This document shows positions 1 to 7,456 of a stretch of 12,432 nt of DNA, in pieces. Source of the DNA: Azolla caroliniana. Lineage: Eukaryota; Plantae; Polypodiophyta. The DNA lies in NCBI GenBank assembly GCA_043228905.1, contig JBHGNT010001066.1:1-12432 (forward strand). The letters run 5' to 3'. Below the pieces are notes generated by a model, which was not told the origin of the DNA, made no database searches, and worked only from the letters and a program-made list of their open reading frames with translations. Within the stretch, counting starts at the first letter, position 1. Every line of letters starts with the position of its first letter. The translations under genes and the position numbers were made by a program.

Positions 1-100
1 GTAGGGAATGAACAAGGCCGTCAGTGCGGAAGAGATCACACAATATGATACTGTGAGGAAGAAAATACCTGCGTATAAGAAAGGCAAGAACAAAATACGT
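1..100 (-). repeat. Copia 3' LTR, distal (U5-side) fragment
   Basis: Matches 12152-12251 with 4 substitutions. The window begins one base inside the terminal TG. Confidence 0.95.
97..100. repeat. Left target-site duplication ACGT
   Basis: ACGT abuts both Gypsy ends. The uninterrupted Copia LTR has a single copy (ATGT, 12248-12251). Confidence 0.93.
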
Positions 101-719
101 TGTCGTGAAGAAAACCATCCACAAGCGGAATCGGTGCACCGGAGCATAGGAACCGGCTCTTCATGCACGTGCGTCTTATGTTGTACATAGAAGATCCTAG
201 GTAGGTAGATTCGGTAGGTAGGAAGTTAATGGGAAACGGCTCCTTCCTTGCCTATAAAAGGAGGGAGACGATGAGGAGATTGGATCACGTAGTAAGAGAG
301 GACGAAGTGCTGTCGGATTGTGGGCCGAAGGCTTCTCTCTCTTCCAAACTCCATAGCTTCTTTCTGTGCAGGTTTCGGGAGGCTCGCGTTGCTCTGAGGA
401 AAGCCCGAGTGCTTCCGGCAGCACCTCCAACCTACTCCTTTCTTTCTGTGCGTTTACGAACAGGCATCGGCATCTGTTCGCTGGCCTGTTCGGTTGTAAC
501 CGACTTCGTGTTCTCGTTGTTTGTCTTGTTAATACATACATACATTCGTGTCTCTCTGTGTCGCTGTCCCACTCGCGTCTTTGTGTCGAAGGGCCGTGTC
601 CCTGTGGATCTACCCTCGCACCTAGTGGGTCTCCTCCCTTCTCCTTTCTCTCTTGCTCTTCGGTACAAGACCCCCGAGGTCCTGCCTCATTCCACGCATC
701 CGCGAGGATTACCTCGACA
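101..719 (+). repeat. Gypsy 5' LTR (619 bp)
   Basis: Starts TGTCG and ends CGACA (5-bp terminal inverted repeat). Direct repeat of 6410-7030 with 10 substitutions and one 2-bp indel by manual alignment. Confidence 0.97.
253..259 (+). promoter_or_regulatory. Putative TATA box of the Gypsy 5' LTR
   Basis: CCTATAAAAG about 150 bp into the LTR, identical in the 3' LTR. Confidence 0.7.
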
Positions 720-722
720 TCT

Positions 723-740
723 TGGTGAACCCGACGTGAA
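723..740 (+). other. Gypsy primer-binding site complementary to tRNA-Trp
   Basis: TGGTGAACCCGACGTGAA lies 3 nt after the LTR. It is the reverse complement of TTCACGTCGGGTTCACCA, the 3' end of plant cytosolic tRNA-Trp(CCA) as I recall it. Confidence 0.85.
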
Positions 741-762
741 AGAGGCGGCAGAAGAGCAGAAG

Positions 763-2873
763 ATGAAGGGGTCGGATCTTGCGGAGGCCATGGCTTCGGC
801 CTTGGATCGGATACTGAGCGCGCGCGAGGGCACCAGCGCCCTCAACAGAGCCATTGAGGTGGTCGTCGGTACGATCGGCCGGTTCAGCGGAAAGGATGCC
901 ACGAAGTATTTGGCGTCCTACGGGGCAGAAATGCTGATGCGGGACATTCCGGAAGAGAGGCGTCTTGCCGGGTTCCCTCGAGTGGCGATGCCGAGCATCC
1001 ATGCGGAGGTGCTCGAGGTACGGGCGGAGAGCTGTACCTGGGAGGAGTTCGAAGGCCGACTCCTAGAGAAATACGGGCTGGACGACGCGCTCCGGCTTTC
1101 GAAACGGGACTTCATGGAATGGGTGGAGTCCCCCGGCAAAGGAAGAAACGCGTCGGCACTCCTCCGGGAGTTTGAGGAACGCTTTGCGCGCCTCTCGGCG
1201 CTTGACCGAACCGTTCTGGATACGAGCCGGGTCCTACTGTTCGTCAAGTCGGTGGACAAGCGGGACCGGGATCAATTCGGCTCCTTGCTAGAAACCGAAG
1301 ACGGGCTGACGACCGACTAGACGGCGGTTAAGAGAGTATGTGGCCGTTTCGACAAATGGCGAGAATGGGCAGACAACGGGGCGGCTGGTGCGGGCTCTGT
1401 CACAGCAAGGAGGCTTGAACCGGCACCGCAAGGGCGAAGGGAAGAAACCCGGGAATGGCTCGAAACCGGTCCGGCTTCGACTGGCATGGTCAGTGGCTCG
1501 TCCGGAGGAGCAGCGCTGGAGGAGTTGACGCGGGCGATAAAGGATCTCCAGATCGCCCAGAGTCGAAGGGAAGGCGGCGAACCGGCTCGTGACCGACGGC
1601 CGGTAGCAGGGAACAGGTGTATGTGGTGCGACGAGGTCGGCCACATCCGGAAGGACTACGGCGATTTCGCAGAAGCGTTGAGGAACCGGGTGGTGTACCT
1701 GTGGGAAGGCCGGGTGCACGCCGGCGACACCAGAAGGGCCCTAAACCGAAATGACGGGTGAGGAGGAATGAAGAGACTGATGGAAGAGGCAGCGGCCCGA
1801 CACGTGGAGGCCATCCACTACTCGGCGTCGGGGGCAGCGAGGCCCGAAAGGAGGGCAAAGACGGATTCTGGTCGGCAATGCTGGAAGGTCTTGCAGGCGC
1901 ACGGCTAAGGAAAGATGAAATGGACCGCGCTGAGAGACGGGTCCGAGAAATAACCGGGTGGAGCGATCCGGTCGAGGAGAAGATAGGCTTCGTAGAAGCC
2001 GCCTGCCGGAACTACGAGGCTCTGGCAGAAGACAAACGAGTGGGGAAAGCCGGAGCGGCCGGACCCTCACAACGGTACGAGACCCGATTCGGGCAACGAC
2101 GGAACGATGCCGGTGGGTCCAGCTCGCAAGATAACCCCAAGAAGGGCGGATACCGACTGGGGACGGAAATAGAAAGGGCTACGGACCTACGAAAGGTCCT
2201 AGAAGAACGGATCCTCGACAACAAAGTGGAGCTGTCATTGCGAGAGGTGCTAGGGATCGCCAAGAAGGAGTTCCACGACTCCATTGTGGACCTGGTGAAA
2301 CGGAAGAGGCTGTCGACGGAGACGGAACCGGAAAGACCGGTGGAGGTGCGGACGACGCACATCGACGACATGGCGCTGGAAGATGAGTGGGCGAAGAGCC
2401 ACTATTCAAGGCCGCACTAGGCCCGAGCGACCACGGAGACCCCGGTAAAGATCGGGGATGTTCAGGAACCGGTGGTGGTATTGGTGGACCACGGTTCGGA
2501 AATAAACCTGATGTCCATGGACTTCTATAAGAAGGGAAAGTGGCCGATCAACACCAAGCACGGGTGGAAGATACGGGCGGCGACGCACGCCACCGAGGAA
2601 CTGCACGGGGCCTGCCCGAACGTGCGAGTCAAGATTGGCGACGTCGAGATTGACCAGCACTTCTTCGTACAGGAGACGTCCTCGCACCCGGTCATATTAG
2701 GGGAACCATACATCACAGCGGCGCGAATGGAGATCAAAGTGCTGGACAACAGTTCGGCCTACGCAAGGGTCAAAAGCCAGGACGGGCGCCATTCGGTCCA
2801 ATTTCTGACGGTGTGACCGAACCACGAGCGAAACCGCGAATCCCTCGGTGGCGAGAACCGGGAGGATTTTTAG
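763..2873 (+). pseudogene. gag: Gypsy ORF1: Gag plus aspartic protease, disrupted
   Basis: ATG at 763 follows the PBS. Degenerate CCHC knuckle CMWCDEVGHIRKDY (1618-1659); protease motif LVDHGSEINLM (2481-2513). In-frame stops at 1318, 1759, 2418 and 2814, a frame change near 1830, and a probable natural end EDF-TAG at 2873. Confidence 0.85.
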
Positions 2874-2933
2874 AGAGGGCTGCCAAGGCGTGGGGCCGAG
2901 ACAGTCCGGACACTCGGGAAAGACCCCACAGTT
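2864..2933 (+). other. Candidate programmed -1 ribosomal frameshift signal (G_GAT_TTT heptamer plus downstream bulged stem-loop)
   Basis: The heptamer is in the correct phase directly before the ORF1 stop, and the -1 frame is the RT frame. Helices: GTGGGG/CCCCAC (2890-2895/2924-2929) and CCGAG/CTCGG (2896-2900/2913-2917). Confidence 0.65.
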
Positions 2934-5900
2934 GTACGATAGGTAGAAAATTCTGCTTCTCCAACAACGGAGGGTGTATGATGGTCGGCATCGTTGGCCG
3001 AGAAAGGGCAAGGGCGGAGGAACGACTTCGAGCGTGCGGAGTTCTCGGCCCGGACGAGGAAATCAGCGGGGCCGTGGAGGCGGTCTCCTTCGACGACACC
3101 TTGGGGATGCTGAGGAAGGTAGCCAAAGAGGACCTTAACGAAGACTGAACGATACCGGTATGTTCCGAAGAGATGTACGAAGTCATCACGAACTTCAGCC
3201 AGGGGCTCCGGTCGGATCGGACAGCCCGAGTTAGCACGAAGTACAAGACTGTGGACCGGAAGGTAAGGCCAGTCGCGGCACCCTTACCGGAGGGCAGCGA
3301 GTCCCGAATCAGAGGGGTTGCGTCGGACCCCAGTTTACGAGATCCGGCCTGCATAGGACACACCTTCACCGACGGGACGCTCCGGGAGCTCAAGATCGGT
3401 GGGGGCGGGTTCCTACTGCCGGCGGAGGAAGACCGGTTTCGGAGAATGCTCGGAAGGCACGGGAAAGCCTTCGCATTCTCGCCAGAAGAGATCGGGTGCG
3501 TAGACCCGACGATCGTGGAGCCGATGGTGATATTCACGGTACCGCATGTGCCGTGGAATCTCAAGCCGATTCCGGTACCGAGAGCTCACATCCCGAAGTT
3601 GATGGAGCTATTGAGGCAGAAAGTAGATATGGGCATTCTCGAACCGTCGAGTGCCCCATACTCGAACCGATGGTTTACCGTACCAAAGAAAAACGGAACG
3701 ATGCGCTTCATTCAAGACCTGCAGCCGGTCAACAGAGTGACCATTCGGAACGCAGGAATCGGACTGACCATAGACGAGTTCGCGGAGGCCTTCGCCGGAA
3801 GGTCGATTTACTCGGTCGGTGATCTATACTCGGGGTACGACCAGTTCCAGCTAGCCGTGGAGAGCAGAGACATTACGACGATGCGAACTCCCCTCGGCCT
3901 AGTGCGAATGTGTACCCTGCCACAAGGAGGGACCAACTCGGTGGCCCACATGGTGAATGCAATGAACAAGGTACTGAGGGATTGCATCCCGGACATCACC
4001 ATGCCATTTCTGGACGACATCCTGATAAAGGGGTGCCCGGTGGAAGAGAAGGACGAGACAGTCGGGCCGGACGGATGCCGGCGATTCGTGGCAACACACA
4101 TCAACGATTGCGAGAAGGTGCTACAAAGGCTAGAGGATGCGAGGCTCACCTTCTCCGGGGAGAAATCGGCCTTCGGGCAATCAGAAATCCTGGTGGTCGG
4201 ACACTTGTGTGGACCGTTTGGCCGGAAGCCGTCTCCGGCAAAAGTAGAAGCCATCTCCGCGATGAAGACCGACTGTAGCTCGGTTACGGAAGTTCGGAGG
4301 TTCCTGGGGGCATGCGCATTCTACCACATATGGATCCCGCACTACGCCCACGTTGCGGAGCCACTATACGGGATGCTGAAGAAGGGGCGGAAATTCGAGT
4401 GGCGAGACGAGCACACGGAGTCGGTCTGGAAGCTGAAGGAAGCTCTTGCGGCAGCACCGGCGCTCCGGAAGGCTGTCTACGAGAAGGGTACCCCGGTATA
4501 CATAACGGTGGATACGAGTCCGACCGGGATCGGATGGGTCGTCAACCAAGAAGACGAGGACGACATTCGGTTCCTGATCCGATTCGGCGCGAAGGTCCTC
4601 AGTGAGCGACAACGAGGGTACACCCAGGTTAAACGCGAACTCTGGGGTATCATTTCGGCAGTAAAGGCCGACAAAGACTACCGGATCGGGACAGAAGTGA
4701 TTATCGAGACGGATTGCCTGCCAATTCTCGGCATGGTTTCCGGATGCGCGACACCGGACCTGGCGATGCTCAGGTGGATAGCGTACATTAAGTCCCTGGA
4801 TCCGGAAATACGACACATTTCCGGAAAGGACAACGCCATGTCGGCATGCTTTCGAGGGCGAGGTTTGATAACGAGGGCGGCATGGTTTCGGAGGACGAAG
4901 AAGTCGGCGTGGACTTCTTCGAGGCGGCGTATGTGACGACCGATGGGACGAGCACTCCGGCACTTAACGACTTCGACGAGAGCAAGTACGACGGCGAGTG
5001 GCTCCAGATCGGTGGATTTTTGAGGACGATGACGCCAGATGCGTCATGGACGAAGGACGAGGCCAATCGGATCCGGAAGAAAGCTTACCGATTCTTTCTC
5101 CGGGACGGATACTTATGGAAGCACCCGAAGAAGAGGAATGGCGTCCCGCTCCGGGTGGTGGCGATGAAGGAAGAACAGGAGGAGCTGCTGACGGCCTACC
5201 ACGACAGCCCTTGGGCCGGACATCGTGGAACGTGGGCCACGTTCGAGAAGATAAAGGGGAAGTACTGGTGGCCGGGACTGTACCGGGACGTGCATCGGTT
5301 CGTGACAACTTGCGAGAGCTGTCAGATGCACTCCGTAGTCCGACATCGGGACGAGCTTCACCCTACGTACCCTCCGACCATCCACTTCAAATGGATGGTA
5401 GACCTGGTGACGATGCCGATAGGAGTAGGACAGATGCGGTATCTGGTCCTGGCTCGGGAAGATCTGACGAACCAGGTGGAAGGCCGGGCCCTTCAGAACA
5501 AGACGACCGCGGCCGTATGTCGGTTCTTGATCGAGGACGTGATATGCCGGTACGGGTGCGCCAGGAAGATCGTGGCTGATCGCGGGGAGTTACACGCCGA
5601 AGAGGCCGAGGAGCTGTTCGACCGGCTAGGAGTCAAGCTCTCGCTTACCACTGCGTACAATCCGGAGGCGAATGGGAAGGTGGAGCGCGGACACGGACCG
5701 ATCGTCAAGGCGTTAGTACGGGCATGCGGAGGTCAAGTCGGGAACTGGCCGCGGCTGCTGCCTTACGCGTTGTGGGCGGACCGAACTACACACAGTTCGG
5801 TAACCGGATTCATGCCGACAGAGGTCATGTTTGGGCAGAAGCCGATCATGCCGATGGAACGTACGATCTCCTCATGGGCCACCGTGGACTGGAGGGACGA

Positions 5901-6336
5901 GATGAGCAGGGAGGAACTGTTGGCGGCGCGCATACGACAGCTCGAGCGAAGACCGGAGGACGTAGAACAGGCTACGGAAAAGCTTCGGGTGGCAAGGACG
6001 AGGAACAAAGCCCGGTTCGACCGAATGCACCGGCTCCGACCGAAGAAGATCGAGGAAGGCGACTGGGTGCTAGTCTACGACAACAGCCTCGACAACCAAC
6101 ACCGAGCAACACGGAAGTTCGCAAGAAGGTGGTTCGGGCCTTACGTAGTACAAAACGCCAACGACAACGGGACGTACCATCTGGCGGAACTCGACGGCAC
6201 GAGAATGGCGATACCGGTAGCTGGGAAGCGGATCAAAGCGTTCAAGAAGCGTCACGACGACGGGCTGGATCCGGTTAACCTGGACTACGACGACGTACGA
6301 TCCGAAACCGAGGAAGAACCGACGAGCGGGGAATGA
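2870..6336 (+). pseudogene. pol: Gypsy ORF2: reverse transcriptase, RNase H, integrase, disrupted
   Basis: RT motifs DLYSGYDQ, LPQG and FLDD (4007-4018). RNase H motifs VDTS, KREL, ETDC. Integrase HHCC (HDSPWAGH...CESC), D-D-E (MVDL, VADRG, KVER) and GPY. Stop at 3146 and an apparent 1-bp deletion near 4844 join ORFs 2813-3148, 3173-4936 and 4846-6336. No chromodomain before the stop. The start coordinate assumes the frameshift. Confidence 0.93.
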
Positions 6337-6396
6337 AGGCTGGACCGGTTTTCTCCGTCCCAACTCAATTTGGCGCATGCCGGTGGATGCGCGGTT

Positions 6397-6409
6397 AGGT
6401 GGGGGCGGA
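6397..6409 (+). other. Gypsy polypurine tract
   Basis: AGGTGGGGGCGGA directly upstream of the 3' LTR TG. Confidence 0.8.
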
Positions 6410-7030
6410 TGTCGTGAAGAAAACCGTCCACAAGCGGAATCGGTGCACCGGAGCGTAGGAACCGGCTCTTCATGCACGTGCGTCTTATGTTGTGTACATA
6501 GAAGATCCTAGGTAGGTAGATTCGGTAGGTAGGAAGTTAATGGGAAACGGCTCCTTCCTTGCCTATAAAAGGAGGGAGACGATGAGGAGATTGGATCGCG
6601 TAGTAAGAGAGGACGAAGTGCTGTCGGATTGTGGGCCGAAGGCTTCTCTCTCTTCCAAACTCCATAGCTTCTTTCTGTGCAGGTTTCGGGAGGCTCGCGC
6701 TGCTCTAAGGAAAGCCCGAGTGCTTCCGGCAGCACCTCCAACCTACTCCTTTCTTTCTGTGCGTTTACGAACAGGCATCGGCATCTGTTCGCCGGCCTGT
6801 TCGGTTGTAACCGACTTCGTGTTCTCGTTGTTTGTCTTGTTAATACATACATACATTCGTGTCTCTCTGTGTCGCTATCCCACTCGCGTCTTTGTGTCGA
6901 AGGGCCGTGTCCCTGTGGATCTACCCTCGCACCTAGTGGGTCTCCTCCCTTCTCCTTTCTCTCTTGCTCTTCGGTACAAGACCCCCGAGGTCCCGCCTCA
7001 TTCCATGCATGCGCGAGGATTACCTCGACA
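6410..7030 (+). repeat. Gypsy 3' LTR (621 bp)
   Basis: TGTCGTGAAG...CCTCGACA, preceded by a purine tract and followed by the ACGT TSD. Confidence 0.97.
6564..6570 (+). promoter_or_regulatory. Putative TATA box of the Gypsy 3' LTR
   Basis: Copy of 253-259. Confidence 0.65.
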
Positions 7031-7033
7031 ACG

Positions 7034-7034
<1 letters not shown>
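7031..7034. repeat. Right target-site duplication ACGT
   Basis: Matches 97-100. Confidence 0.93.

Positions 7035-7036
<2 letters not shown>

Positions 7037-7082
<46 letters not shown>
7037..7082. repeat. (AG)23 microsatellite in the Copia 3' LTR
   Basis: Direct count. Confidence 0.95.
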
Positions 7083-7083
<1 letters not shown>

Positions 7084-7168
7084 CACAAAGAATATATATC
7101 TATATTCACAAAAGGGCAACAACTATATCAATGAACAACCAATCTTTACAAAAGGTTACAAAGTCACT

Positions 7169-7175
7169 TTATATA
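7169..7175 (-). promoter_or_regulatory. Putative TATA box of the Copia 3' LTR
   Basis: CTATATAAAG on the - strand about 110 bp into the LTR, upstream of a (CT)n tract. Confidence 0.6.
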
Positions 7176-7283
7176 GTGACTCACTTAGGGCAACTGCCCT
7201 TTAAGTTATTTACAGAAATAGCCCGAACTTGGGCTCTCTAAGAGGATAGTGTGAATACGTCCATTATACATTTGTATTCGACA

Positions 7284-7290
7284 CTCCCCC
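7284..7290 (-). other. Copia polypurine tract
   Basis: GGGGGAG directly before TGTCGAATAC on the - strand, the canonical Copia PPT ending. Confidence 0.85.
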
Positions 7291-7456
7291 GTAATGGGTG
7301 TATACATGGGTTATCTAGGTTCTCGGACAAGTCGGTTTTGTTCGAATTGGCATGATCTGTAGACAGAAGACCGAACTGGTCGGGTCGGAAAAGCTGAAGC
7401 CGATCGTCAGTGAACCGAAGTCTGTCGTCCGAAACCGTCCTGCACTATGTCCGGCT

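Larger units (their letters stand above)
101..7030 (+). mobile_element. Full-length Ty3/Gypsy LTR retrotransposon (non-chromovirus), nested in the Copia 3' LTR; coding-defective
   Basis: Paired TG...CA LTRs, ACGT TSD, PBS and PPT are all present. Domain order is gag-PR-RT-RH-INT. Confidence 0.97.
7035..7283 (-). repeat. Copia 3' LTR, proximal (U3-side) fragment
   Basis: 7035-7239 matches 12252-12432. The boundary at 7283 is inferred from the PPT followed by TGTCG on the - strand. Confidence 0.9.

Noticed and set aside
229-762. 178-codon open frame running through the LTR and PBS in frame with gag, mirrored by ORF 6540-7241
   Set aside because: Its ATG is upstream of the TATA box, it has no recognisable domain, and most LTR differences within it change amino acids. 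The gag start at 763 is more plausible.
1318-1320. TAG in gag as programmed read-through (also 2418 and 2814)
   Set aside because: No read-through context such as CARYYA. Each is one transition from Trp or Arg at a methylatable site.
1820-1840. Frame change after the zinc knuckle as a programmed gag/pol frameshift
   Set aside because: No slippery heptamer in phase, so a small deletion is more likely. This needs confirmation from the family consensus.
2770-3564. Long antisense and alternate-frame ORFs over both elements (e.g. 264 aa at 2770-3564)
   Set aside because: Expected shadows of GC-rich coding sequence, with no motifs.
4835-4850. Integrase as a separate gene (ORF 4846-6336)
   Set aside because: The break falls inside the conserved RNase H end motif (N-x-x-A-D-x-L-S-R) and is explained by a 1-bp deletion.
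6508-7241. ORFs with poly-ER or poly-SL tracts
   Set aside because: Translations of the AG microsatellite across a chimeric junction.
101-7283. Alternative element end at the second CGACA (7279-7283)
   Set aside because: That is the Copia LTR terminus next to its own PPT. The Gypsy end at 7030 is fixed by LTR homology and the TSD.
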